Shown: in pieces, positions 1-11,505 of the stretch
Numbering within the stretch: position 1 is the stretch's first letter
Layout of the letters: each line of letters opens with the position of its first letter
NCBI RefSeq assembly: GCF_035084215.1
Contig: NC_090351.1
Span: 16,988,001 to 17,052,000, forward strand
Reading direction: 5' to 3'
DNA: 64,000 nucleotides
DNA from: Heptranchias perlo
Lineage: Eukaryota
Program-made: the position numbers and the translations under genes
The notes under the pieces: generated by a model
Database searches by the model: none
What the model saw: the letters and a program-made list of their open reading frames with translations, nothing else
What the model was told of the DNA's origin: nothing

Positions 1-429
1 TGCATTTTCTGGGGAATCTTGAGCATTGCTGCCCTTTCAAATCAGACGGTTTGTAAAAGACAGCCAGCAGCCTCTTGGGACATCCAGAAAAGTAAGGTTT
101 TACATTTTTTGACCGTAGCATGTGGATGGTGTGAGGTGGAGGGGAAGAACTCTGCTACTGAGGGAAACAGCAGTCACTATGTAAAATGGAGTCCTCCTTT
201 TACACCTTGGCTTTGAACAAGGGAGAATAATCCCGCCCAGAGCTTGCTCAAATATTTAAAATTGCTCAATCTGGAAAAATAGTTAAGGTTAACTCAAGCG
301 ATTGCAAAAAGTGCACTATCTGACTTACAGTGGTGTGAGCGATAGGAGGAGGTGGAAATCAGCCTCAATGTCCCATGACCTGATAAATGACTGCTGCATT
401 CCAAGTAGTAAACAAGAGGCACTATTCAG

Positions 430-770
430 CTGTGGTGAGGGTACTGCAGTTGTCCTCAGCATCCCTGGGCTAAGGAGTGGGGGGCAAACAAAATCAGACA
501 GGGCTCTCATTTCCAATTGCTATACAGTGAGCCCTGCTGAAAAGTGAGAGTATGCAGGGATCAGGTGAAGACAGTATCTGGCTTAGCTGTGATGTCCCTT
601 CTCCCATCGCCAGTGGATACCCTGCTGACAATCACTATCCAGTCTCATGTGAAGAATGACAACTTGAGTGGGGTATTAACGGGCTCCAAGCACCTCTAAA
701 ATCATACCCATGAGTTATTGCCTTTAGGAGAGGAAGGGACAGAGATGGGAAAACAATTGGAAAAAAAACT
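430..770 (+). mobile_element. Old, unclassified dispersed SINE-like repeat (copy 1)
   Basis: Diverged reverse-complement copies at ~39060-39185 and ~62050-62830, e.g. GAGGGTACTGCAGTTGTCCTCAGCATCCCTGGGCTAAGG here vs GAGGGTACTGCACTTGACCTCACTATCCCTAGACTAAAG on the minus strand near 62270-62305; A-rich 3' end. Family not named. Confidence 0.55.
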
Positions 771-922
771 CCATCTTTGATTGTCACAGACGTCGATCTG
801 ACCTGTTTTAGCTTGAATCTTGATTGTGTGATTGTATCACTTCAATAAAACAAATCAATGAGACAACCATCTTCCATCAAACCAATTCATCTCAGGTGAC
901 AAATGCAGTATTGTCAAACATT

Positions 923-1646
923 GGGGCATAAATTGCTCACCCGAGGACGCCATTCATCAATCACGTCCTCTCAAACCACCGGCGAAGACAGCGAGCAAGT
1001 TTGCGAATGCGCACTAAAACCAGGACCAAGTCCGAATTAAAGGGCCACCTATGCTACAATCAATAAAAACATTAAACATTCGTAAACTTTCCCATCTGCC
1101 CAGTTGGAATGAAGTTACTTAAGCCACCAAAAGGTACGCTGGAAAATACCAGCCCTACACTATTTTTTAAAAGCCAATGACTGTTAATGACTGAGAAACA
1201 ACAAAAAGTAAATTTTAAAAACGTGGAATGTCATATTACTCTTATTTTAATATTTTTTGATCAAAAAAAAAATTTAAAATTTAAAATTAATTTTTTTTTT
1301 ACTTGTAAGTTCTGTAAGTTTCATTACATTAAATCATTTGCTTGGCTTTTTATAATAAGATATGTTAAATTAAACTAATATACAGGAGTTAACTGTGAAG
1401 GAATGATTCCCAGTGGGCTGCTTGTGGGCGTGACTTCTCTTCTTGACAGATTCTGTGGGCGTGGCTTCCATTCCCACAGTCTGTATCAGTTCTGAATGAA
1501 TTTGCGCTGAAATCACAGCGCAGAGCTTAAAAATTTGAAAAGGGATCAAGTGGACGTCGGAGACCAGGAGGTAAGTTTTTTCATAATGTTTGTCCGCAGG
1601 ATGTGGGGACAACCTTGCCACGCCGGTCGGAGCAAGTTCCAGCCTC
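923..1646. mobile_element. PIF/Harbinger-type MITE, diverged; same family as 39600-40352 in opposite orientation
   Basis: Imperfect termini GGGGCATAAATTGCTC / GAGCAAGTTCCAGCCTC; the AT-rich interior (1200-1300) aligns by eye to the reverse complement of 39950-40030. Confidence 0.65.
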
Positions 1647-2129
1647 TCATCTTTTTATTTATCAAGTTAGGTGTCTCCAAAAACTTGCAATCAGAACATA
1701 CTAATAAAATGGCAAATGCTTTAGTCCCATATGTGTCCTGCCTACAGACTTTATAAGTGCCAACAATCTACAAACATTATTTCCCAATCCTCCATGCAAC
1801 TTTCTCTCAAGAACAATTTTCAGACGATCATTGTGTCAAAAATATTGTTACGATTTTCTGGGCTCGAATTTAGCAGGCCTGCGGGTTCCCAGCGGGTGGT
1901 CCTCCGGGAGCGTGGTCAACACGCTCGGCGAAATTAGTGGGTTGCCCGCGCGATCGTAGCAGGCAACACACTAATAGGAATCAATTACCTGCTCCTCCGG
2001 GGTCCACGGCCCTGGTCTGCGCGTCGGGCGGGCTGCGCATGCGCAGTACGATCTGTCAGCTGGAGGCTCTCTAGTTAAAGGGGCAGTCCTCCACTGACAG
2101 ATGCTGCAACCAATGGGACAAATTGCAGC

Positions 2130-2374
2130 ATGGAGCAGCCCAGGGGGAAGGCTGCTCCCAGTTTAATGATGCCTCACACCAGGTATCATCAGATGGGGTG
2201 AGGAGGAGTGGGAGGACACAGATCTTCCCCCTGGCGGGCGGGAGGAAGCGGCCTGCCTCTGCCACCAAGAAGGCCTGGCTCGAGGTGGCAGAGGGGGTCA
2301 CCTGCGCCACCAACATATCGCCCACCTGCATACAGTGCAGGAGGCGCTGCAATGACCGCAGTAGGTCAGCCACA
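2130..2374 (+). pseudogene. Harbinger Myb/SANT-like DNA-binding protein, exon 1 (frameshifted)
   Basis: ATG 2130 (MEQPRGKAAP), then a frameshift into FNDASHQV...KKAWLEVAEGVT...CIQCRRRCND, matching the F..D/W.EVA/QCRKK.NDL pattern of NAIF1/MSANTD-type Harbinger proteins; GTGAGA donor at 2375. Confidence 0.8.
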
Positions 2375-2963
2375 GTGAGAACACGAAGTCTTTCCCCTAC
2401 ACTCCATCTGCCACAACACTGCCCCCACCCCACATCTCCTTCGGCACCGCCAACACTACTCTGTCACATCACCCTTCATACCCACTCAAACCCCATCCTC
2501 ATCTTACCTCCACCTACTCACCTCGCCAGTACTCATCCTGCCACTAACACGCGACCCAATCCTCATACAATCTCATTGCTCCATCCCATACTCACCCTCT
2601 CGTGCATCTCCCTCACGGCCAGCCTCACGCAACCTGCCACCACCTGTGCTGCAGCCACAGGGCATGCATCACATATGTGCAGTAGGCAGCGTAAGGCAAA
2701 TGTGTCGTGAGCATGAAGGGGGTGCACAAGGGTGTCTGAGGGTTTGTCCTGGGTGTTACCTATATTGAATTTCAGAGCAACAAACAGCACACATTATATT
2801 GACACCACCACTGCCATGTCTCCGCGAATCCTGTCCGTTGTGTCCAATAATGCCCGCTCCTGGGTATCACTATGAGGACCCACCACTGATGCCACCCATC
2901 GTGTTACTGCAGAGTAGGTGCAGGTGTATTTGCAGGGCTCTTCCGCGCAGACGACTGAGAGAC

Positions 2964-3341
2964 GGAGGAGAAGTTGTGGAGGGCAGTGGTGACTTTGACA
3001 GCGACAGGTAAGCAGTTGGTGCTGGGACCAGCCAGGAGCAGCTCGGCATGAAAGAGCCTGCAGATCTCCACGACTACATGTCGAGCGAATCTGCGCCTCC
3101 GTGTGCACTGCTGCTCGGAGAGGTCCGGGGAGCTGCGCCTCGGTCTGTGGACCCTGCGGCGAGGGTAGTGCCCTCTGCAATGCGTCTCTCCCTGCGGTAG
3201 CCCTCCCTCCCGCTGTGCAGGTGGGCGTGCAACAACACCGTGTTGGGGGGCTCCACGTCTCTGCGGCGGACGGCGTGGACTGCGAGGCTGCTGGGGCTGG
3301 TCATGCTGTTCGTCCTCCGAGGGTGTCCACGCACCACCCAT
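2964..3341 (-). pseudogene. HARBI1-like Harbinger transposase, N-terminal fragment
   Basis: Minus-strand translation YPRRRVHRPRRSSPDLSEQQCTRRRRFARHVVVEIC...LPVAVKVTTALHNFSS matches the N-terminal HTH region of HARBI1-type transposases; breaks off near 2964, before the DDE domain. Confidence 0.85.
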
Positions 3342-4477
3342 CTGGCAGGTGTTGGTCTGAGGGGTTGTGCAGGGTAGGTGGGTGGTTCCTCGCACTAGGG
3401 CTGCGGTTTCGTGTCGGTCTGTCCTCTGGCTTGGCGGGGGGTGGTGGAGGGCAGGGGTTGCCCTATGTGACGCGGTGGCCTCCTGCGTGGGTGAGGGCTC
3501 TCCCCCGTGGAGTGCACCTTGGCACCTGCCACAGGCTGCTGGCTGCAACACGCCTGGTTGGAGAGAGACTGTTTCCCCCAGTGTGGGAAACTCACTGCCT
3601 TGAACCCAAAATCCCACACTTCCTCTTTTGACAGCTGCTTCAGCTCATTAACTGACCTCAACAAGCAAGGTCAGTACTCTCAAGTGGAACCCCGCTGGCT
3701 TTAATTGCCTGCGGGATTCCCACCAGCGGGGCTTGCGCGCGCAGCCCCGCACGTCAGCGCGGTACCCGGAAGTGGGCGGGATTTCGGCGCAATCCGGTCA
3801 CGTGACCGGATATCGGGATTTTCGGGGCCCCCCCGCTGGAAACACGCAGGTAACCCGACACGAAAATCGAGCCCTCTGTGTTTTGTGTTAGTTTGCTTGG
3901 ATGCTTAAATAATATTAAAATACTAAAACTGCTCTGTATTTGTTATTAACTGACACCTTATTAAAATTGCAGTTCATTTCGGTTTATTTCTCTCGGGTTT
4001 TTTCATTGAATGAAGACTGAGAAGACAGATTTTTTTTACTATAATAAAGTCCAGGCTATTAAAGCCAGTTCACATATTTCTCCTAAAATGGGAATACAAA
4101 GTGTATCACATGATTGGATTAACTGTACACGGACGGCAGTGCTTGTAAATATCTCACCACAAAAACACTACAGGTCTGTGTTAACAAAAACCTCCTTAAA
4201 TGGAAACAATTCAAACAGTAGCGTCTTACACAATGAAATGTGCTGAGTAATTCCTGTATTCCAAGAAATATTTAGGACATTGTAGGTGGTCGAGAATCAT
4301 TCCAAATTACAAATGATTTAACTAATTGCTTTTACTGCACATAATATTTACTAATTTGATTTTAAAAACTGGAACTTATAGGGGAAATTGCTGTTGTGTT
4401 GGGAAGGGGAAGAGCCGAAGAGAGACAAGCAATGGGCGAAATTGGCTTGTGCCAATTGAGCACCAAATGAGTATTCG

Positions 4478-5050
4478 GTGGATGAATTTCGGATTGCGGT
4501 ATCCCATGCCCGATCCCACCCAGGAGGGCACCGGCTGCCATATTGGAAGCCACGACTTCTGAGTGCCCAGGGTGCCTGCCTGAAACAGGAGTTGGACCCT
4601 TTGAATATGCTAATCAAGGGCCTAATGCTTGGTTTAGGACCCTGCTTCCAAATATGGAAGAAACTCGGAGGAGCACGTGCAGCGCATGCTCCGCTCAGTT
4701 TTTCTAGGCCGACTGCAGCCTAACCAATGGTCTTTAAAGGGATTGCTGGAGGCTGCTGACAAAAAGTTAAGTCATTCTTTTTAACTTACCTTAATATGGA
4801 GCCAGGAGGATCACGCCTACTCATCCTGGCTCTGCAGCTGTACTGATAGCCCGGGCTTGCCTCCCCCTCCTGTTTGCCGCCCAGGACTTACTGTCAGGCC
4901 GGCGCAGCATCAAAGCCAATGGTTTTGACAAGACCTCGACCGCAGCTGCAGCGGGATGCCCAAATGGGATCCGCAGCTCACCAGTTTTATGGAATCGAGG
5001 CCTGAGTCCCAATTTGAAGCGAGCTTTAGGCAGACACCTTCGGAATCGCC
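4478..5050. mobile_element. Probable Harbinger-type MITE remnant
   Basis: GC/CpG-richer island with motifs shared with other MITEs here (TTGAATATGCTAAT, TTTTTAACTTACCTT); termini not resolved. Confidence 0.4.
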
Positions 5051-5117
5051 TTATACGTACGTCAAAATAGTTAAATGTTTCGAGTGTGACCTTTCATCAA
5101 ACCTTGGTGATCTATTC

Positions 5118-5750
5118 GACCCTGACCCTGAGCTTCTGACCCATTATGCTCTCCATCACAAACTCCATCTACTTCAACCTGTCTCTGCCTCCTCCTCAGC
5201 TCATCTGCTGCTGAAACCATCATTCTTTTGTTAGCCCCAGACTTGGTTATTCCTATGCCCTTGTGGCCAGCCTCCTATCTTTCACCCTCCATAAATTTCA
5301 GCTCATCCAAAACTCTGTTACCCATATTCTATCCTGTACCAAGTCTCATTCACCCATCACCCCTCTGCTCGCTGACCTACATTGGCTGCCGGTCCACCAA
5401 TGCCTCAAATTTATAAATCTCATCCTTGTGTTCAAATCCCTTCATGGCCTCATCCTGCCATATCCCTGTAGCCTCCTCCAGCCCGACAACGATCCCCAAC
5501 TCTGGCCTGTTGTGCAGCCTCTCTTCCCTTCGCCCCACGATTGGCGCCTGTGCCTTCAGCTCTCTAGGCCTATGGTCTGGAATTCTCTCCTTAAATCCCT
5601 CTGCCTCTCCACCTCCCTCTCCTCCTTTAAATCCCTCCTTAAAACCCATCTCTTTGACCAGGCTTTTGGGCACCTGTGCTAATATTTCCTTCTTTGGCTT
5701 GGTGTTCATTTTTGTCTGATTATGGCCCTGTGAAGCACCTTGGGGCGTAT
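5118..5750 (+). mobile_element. L2-clade LINE 3' fragment
   Basis: Translation LHKFQLIQNS..HITPLLADLHWLPVHQ..KF..W NSL..SLSSFKSLLKTHLF is the typical L2 RT C-terminus; shared 3'UTR. Confidence 0.85.
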
Positions 5751-6408
5751 TCCACAGATGACTTTTCGATCGTACAACTAATAAAAAAATCACAATGTTC
5801 CATTCAGGATTTGAATATCTCTGTCCATACATATCCCTATAAACTCCTATCCCATTCCAACAACAACTTGCATTTATATAGCAACTTTAATATAGAAATA
5901 TAATCCAGAAATTTATTTCATATTTTTTGAAGGAATTACCTAATAAAGCATTAGTTGCTTTTGCTGGGAATCTGTTGCATATATCTACCATTAAAGAAAT
6001 ATCTAGGCCCTGAAATTCATGGGGCTGGTGAGGGTGAAAAGCCTGATTTCTGTCAGGGACAGCCCAGGATTTGGGCTGGGATCTAGTTATGCTAGGATTC
6101 CATCCATTTGCCGTAGCATTTTAAATTCCAGTAAGGAGAGCTGTGGGCTTTCCTGCCCACCCAACTACCCAACTCCCACCACCCAACTCCACACCCAGTG
6201 GGGGCATGTTAGAGGGAGTTCCTGTGCTTTCTTGGAAAATTCTGCCCTTTGTGCCCTTAAAAGCCTCAATGAAACTCATTCCAACTTAAAGCTACCATTA
6301 GTCCTTTTGTGGCATTTTGAAGGGCCCCAAACCTCTAGTAGAGTACGGCAATAGAGAGGGTCAAGCACATCATCTGGATTGTAAGTGGCTCCTTTTAGAG
6401 CTTACCAA

Positions 6409-7148
6409 CTACATGCATTTATATAGCACCTTTAATGTAGTAAAATGTCCAAAGGCGCTTCACAGGAGCATTATTAAATAAAATTTGACACCGAGCCACA
6501 TAAGGAGATATTAGGATAAGTGACCAAAAGCTTGGTCAAAGGTAGGTTTGAAGAGAGAGGTGGAGAGGCAGAGAGGTTTAGGGAGGGAATTCCAGAGCTT
6601 AGGGCCTAGGCAGCTGAAGGCACGGCTGCCAATGGTGAAGCAATGAAAATCAGGGATGTGCAAGAGGCCATAATTGGAGCAGTGCAGAGATCTCGGAGGT
6701 TTGTAGGGCTGGAGGAGGTTTCAGAGATAGGGAGGGCAGAGGCCAAAGAGAGATTTGAAAACAAGGATGAGAATTTTAAAATCGCCAGACTAGGAGTCAA
6801 TGTAAATCAGTGAGCACAGGAGTGATAGGCGAATGGGATGTAGTGGGAGTTAGGACACAGGCAGCAGAGTTTTTGATGAGCTCAAGTTTGCAGCGGGTGC
6901 AAGGTGGGAGGAGAGCATTGGAATAGTCAAGTCTAGAGATAACAAAGGCATGGATGAGGGTTTCAGCAGCAGGAGAGCTGAGGCAGGAGCAGAGACGGGC
7001 AATGTTACTTAAGTGGAAGTAGGTGGTCTTGGTGATGGAGAGGATATGGGGTTGGAAGCTCATCTCAGGGTCAAATAGGGCATTAAGGTTGCGAACAGTC
7101 AGGTTCAGCCTCAGACAGTGGCCAGGGAGTGGGATGGAATCGATGTCT
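6409..7148 (-). mobile_element. L2-clade LINE 3' fragment
   Basis: Minus ORF 6797-7063 YFHLSNIARL..AAETLIHAFVISRLDYSNALL..SPITPVLTDLH; tail GCTATATAAATGCA on the minus strand at ~6415-6428. Confidence 0.9.
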
Positions 7149-7341
7149 AGGGAACAGAATTTGTGGCGTTAAGTCTGAATAAGATAACTTTTCTCTTTGG
7201 CCCCATTGGGCCTCAGAGGAAGTTCATGTTGAATGGCTGTAGGCTGTAAGCCACTCTGCCGCACAAGGATGGGATCGGACTAGAGGAGCAGGTAAATGAA
7301 GAGTGTGGTGAGAGGCCCGAAGTTACTAGGAGGAGCGGAGG

Positions 7342-7472
7342 CAGTATATATTCAGTATATATATTTGGTATATATAGTCAGTATATATATTTGGTACATA
7401 TATTCAGTATATATATTTGGTACATATATTCAGTATATATATTTGGTACATATATCTAGTATATATATTTGG
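7342..7472 (+). repeat. 26-bp AT-rich minisatellite, left part
   Basis: About 5 tandem copies of CAGTATATATATTTGGTACATATATT. Confidence 0.95.
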
Positions 7473-8866
7473 AATTTATAGTCATTATGCTGGAGTCTAT
7501 AATTAAGGATAGGGTGACTGAACACCTCGAAAATTTTCAGTTAATCAGAGAGAGCCAGCATGGATTTGTGAAAGGTAGGTCGTGCTTGACAAATTTAATT
7601 GAATTTTTTGAAGAGGTGACTAAAGTAGTGGACAGGGGAACGTCAATAGATGTTATTTATATGGACTTCCAGAAGGCATTGGATAAAGTCCCACATAAGA
7701 GACTGTTAGCTAAGATAGAAGCCCATGGAATTGAGGGAAAAGTACGGACTTGGTTAGGAATTTGGTTAGCGAAAGGCGACAGAGAGTAGGGATAATGGGT
7801 GGGTACTCACATTGGCAGGATGTGACTAGTGGAGTCCTGCAGGGATCTGTCTTGGGGCCTCAATTATTCACAATATTTATTAACGACTTAGATGAAGGCA
7901 TAGAAAGTCTTATATCTAAGTTTGCCGATGACACAAAGATTGGTGGCATTGTAAGCAGTGTAGATGAAAACATAAAATTACAAAGGGATATTGATAGATT
8001 AGGTGAAAGTGCAAAACTGTGGCAAATGGAATTCAATGTTGGCAAATGGAATTCAATGTAGGCAAATGTGAGGTCATTCATTTTGGACCAAAAAAGGATA
8101 GAACAGGGTACTTTCTAAATGGTAAAAAGTTAAAAACAGTGGATGTCCAAAGGGACTTAGGGGTACAGGTACATAGATCATTGAAGCGTCATGAACAGGT
8201 GCAGAAAATAATCAATAAGGCTAATAGAATGCTGGCCTTTATATCTAGAGGACTAGAGTACAAGGGGGCAGAAGTTATGCTGCAGCTATACAAAACCCTG
8301 GTTAGACCGCACCTGGAGTACTCTGAGCAGTTCTGGGCACCGCACCTTCGGAAGGACATATCGACCTTGAAGGGAGTGCAGCATAGGTTTACTAGAGTGA
8401 TACCTGGACTTCAAGGGTTAAGTTACGAGGAGAGATTACACAAATTGGGGTTGTATTCTCTAGAGTTTAGAAGGTTAAAGGGTGATCTGATCGAAGTTTA
8501 TAAGATATTAAGGGGAATAGATAGGGTGGATAGAGAAAAACTATTTCCGCTGGTTGGGGATTCTAGGACTGGGGGCACAGTCTAAAAATTAGAGCCAGAC
8601 CGTTCAGGACCGAGATTAGAAAACATTTCTACACTCAAAGGGTGGTGGAAGTTTGGAACTCTCTTCTGCAAACGGCAAATGATGCTAGCTCAATTGCTAA
8701 TTTTAAATCTGATGTAGAAAGCTTCTTGCCAACCAAAGGTATTAAGGGATATGGGTCAAAGGCAGGTACATGGAGTTAGATCACAGATCAGCCATGATCT
8801 TATCAAATGGCGGAGCAGGCTCGATGGGCTGAATGGCCTACTCCTGTTCCTATTTCCTATGTTTCC
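7473..8866 (+). mobile_element. Young 5'-truncated CR1 LINE (RT and 3'UTR) nested in the minisatellite
   Basis: RT motifs SQHGFVKGRSCLTNL, DFQKALDKVPH, QGSVLGPQLF, KFADDTK, YKTLVRPHLEY; (TTCCTATG)-type tail; ATATATATTTGG on both flanks (7461-7472, 8867-8878). Confidence 0.95.
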
Positions 8867-9137
8867 ATATATATTTGGTACATATATCCAGTATATATAT
8901 TTGGTATATATACTCAGTATATACATTTGGTATATATAGCCAGTATATATATTTGGTATACATACTCAGTATATATATTTGTATATATATCCAGTATATA
9001 TATTTGGTACATATATCCAGTATATATATTTGGTACATATATCCAGTATATATATTTGGTACATATATCCAGTATATATATTTGGTACATATATCCAGTA
9101 TATATATTTGGTATATATACTCAGTATAAATATATTC
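8867..9137 (+). repeat. 26-bp AT-rich minisatellite, right part
   Basis: About 10 tandem copies of the same unit, ending in CAGTATAAATATATTCGGT. Confidence 0.95.
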
Positions 9138-11200
9138 GGTGGGATCGGAAAAAGAATCAAGGAGTGACGTCACAGGACAGCAGGTAGGTGATTGTTTGGT
9201 GAGCATTACAGCTTTATCTGCTCTCTAAGTTAGGGCAGTGGGTTAAATTAAGAGCTGGGAAAATATAACTGCTATTACTTTATTAAATTAATAACTTAAA
9301 CTAGATTAACAAATTAATTAATAAAACTAAAACTAATCCGTTGAATAAAAACTTTAACTAATTAAATAAATAAAACAAGGTTAGATAGAGATGGCAGGGC
9401 AGGTGGTGTGTCGTAACTGCAGCACGTGGGAATTGGTGGAGACTAGCGAGATCCCAAGCAACCACATCCGTGGTAAGTGCCTGCAACTCGAGGAACTTTG
9501 GCTCAGAGTTGTTGAGCTGGAGTCCGAGCTGCAGACATTGCGGGTGCATCAGGGAGGGGGAGAGTTACCAGGATATTTTGTTCCAGGAGGCAGTCACACC
9601 CCTTAGGTTAAGTAATACTTTAGAGTTAGTCAGTGTCCAGGGACAGGAGGGTGTGACTGCGAGTCAGGCAGGTATGGAGGAGCCTCAGCCCTTGACCTTG
9701 TCCAACAGGTGCGAGGTACTTGCTACATGTATGGATGAGAACAAGGACTGCAGGGAGGATAGGCAAACTGACCATGGCACCATGGTACAGGTGGCCATTC
9801 AAGTGGGGGGAGTAAAAAGGAATGTGGTAGTGATAGAGGATAGTATAGTCAAGGGGATAGATACTGTTCCCTGCAGCCGCGAGCACGAGTCTCGAAGGAT
9901 GTGTCACCCGCCCGGTGCCAGGGTTAAGGATATCTCCTAGTGGTTGGAGCACGAGGGGGAGGCTCCAGTTGTCGTAGACCACATATGAACCTACGACATA
10001 GGTAGAACTAAGAATGAGGTTCTGCTGAGGGAGTTTGAGGAGCTAGGATCTAAATTAATATGCAGAACCTCAAAGGTAATAATCTCTGGATTACTACCTG
10101 AGCCACGTGCAAATTGGCATAGGATCAAGCAGATCTGAGAATTAAACGCGTGGCTCAAAGAGCGGTGTGGGAGGAAGGCGTTTCGATTCATGGGGCACTG
10201 GCATCAGTACTGGTGAAAGAGGGAGCTGTTCCATTGGGCTGGGCTCCACTTAAACCGGGCTGGGACCAGTGTCCTGGCGAATTGAATAACTAGGGCTGTA
10301 GACAGAGCTTTAAAGTAAAAGGGTGGGGTGGGAGAAGGGGTCATGTGAGGGGAAATTTAGAAATCTATGAGAAAAGACAAGGCAATAGAGCAGTGTAGCG
10401 ATTTGGGTCAAGGTAAGCAGAATGTGACAGGAAGGGACAGAGAGTTTAACGGAAATAATGCATCAACGAATAAGGTCAAAGCAGGGGTAAATGGTTAAAA
10501 AGTTAAAATTAAAGACTCTATATCTGAATGCACAAAGCATTCATAACAAGATAGACAAATTAATGGCACAAATAGCGATAAATGGGTTTGATCTAATAGC
10601 CATTACAGCAATCTGCTTGAAAGGTGACCAAGGTTGGGAACTAAATATTCCAGGGTACTTGACGTTTCATAAAGACAGGCAGAATGGAAAAGGAAGGAGG
10701 TAGCCCTAATAATAATGGATGACATAAAGACAGCTGTGAGAAAGGATCTTGGCTCAGGAGATCAGGTAGTAGAATCAGTATGGGTGGAGATAAGAAATAA
10801 CAAGGGGCAGAAAACGCTGATGGGAGTAGTTTATAGCCTCCCTAACAGTAGCAATGCCATTGATCAAGAAGTAATAGCAGCTTGTAACAAAGGTAATACA
10901 ATAATTGTTGGGGACTTTAATCTTCATACAGACTAGGCTAATCAAATTGGCTAAGGTAGCCTGGAGGACGAGTTCATGGAATACATTCGAGACAGTTTCC
11001 TAAAACAATACGTCAAGGAACCAACCAAGGAACAAGTTATTTTAGATCTTGTATTGTGTAATGAGACAGGATTGATTAGTAATCTTATAGTAAAGGATCC
11101 TCTGGGGAAGAGTGATCATAATATGATTGAATTTCACATTGAGTTTGAGAGTGACATACTTAAGTCTGAAACTAGAGTCTTAAACTTAAATAAAGCCAAT

Positions 11201-11505
11201 TGTAGCAAGACCTCCATACTCTTGTATTCCAACCCCCTTGCAATAAAGGCCAACATGCCATTTGCCTTCCTAATTGCTTGCTGTACCTGCATGCTAACTT
11301 TTTATATTTCTTGTACGAGGACACCCAAACCTCCATGAACACCAACATTTAATAGTTTCTCACCACATTATACTCTATCTGCCACCTTCTTGCCCACTCA
11401 CTTAACCTGTCTATATCCCTTTGCAGACTCGTTGTGTCCTCCTCACAACTTACATTCTCACCTAGCTTTGTATCATCAGCAAACTTGGATACATTACACT
11501 TGGTC
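11201..11505 (-). mobile_element. Inverted CR1 RT fragment joined directly to the plus-strand endonuclease region
   Basis: Minus strand reads SKFADDTKLG...VQQAIRKANGMLAFIARGLEYKS..VLLQ; abrupt strand switch after AATAAAGCCAAT at ~11200. Confidence 0.85.

Larger units (their letters stand above)
1860..3874. mobile_element. PIF/Harbinger DNA transposon, internally deleted non-autonomous copy
   Basis: TIRs GGGCTCGAATTT (1860-1871) and AAAATCGAGCCC (3863-3874), 1 mismatch; 3-bp TSD TCT on both sides; convergent Myb/SANT-like and HARBI1-like coding remnants; CpG-rich ends. Confidence 0.92.
7150..11200 (+). mobile_element. CR1 LINE 5' half: 5'UTR, ORF1 (zinc finger/coiled coil + SGNH esterase) and ORF2 endonuclease; decayed and interrupted
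   Basis: ORF1 from ATG 9391 MAGQVVCRNC..GKCLQLEELWLRVVELESELQTL, then esterase motifs VVVIEDSIVKG and PGARVKDI; APE motifs LYLNAQSI, DLIAIT, IIVGDFN, LDLVL, LGKSDHN at 10491-11200; many stops and frameshifts. Confidence 0.88.

Noticed and set aside
1-97. Possible exon ending at AA|GTAAGG (position 92)
   Set aside because: Donor-like motif present, but none of the translations is recognisable and the window edge hides context.
7342-9137. 26-bp repeat array as a CRISPR array
   Set aside because: Units are head-to-tail without unique spacers, there are no cas genes, and the context is vertebrate.
8807-9206. Overlapping Y/I-rich ORFs
   Set aside because: Artefacts of a stop-poor AT minisatellite.
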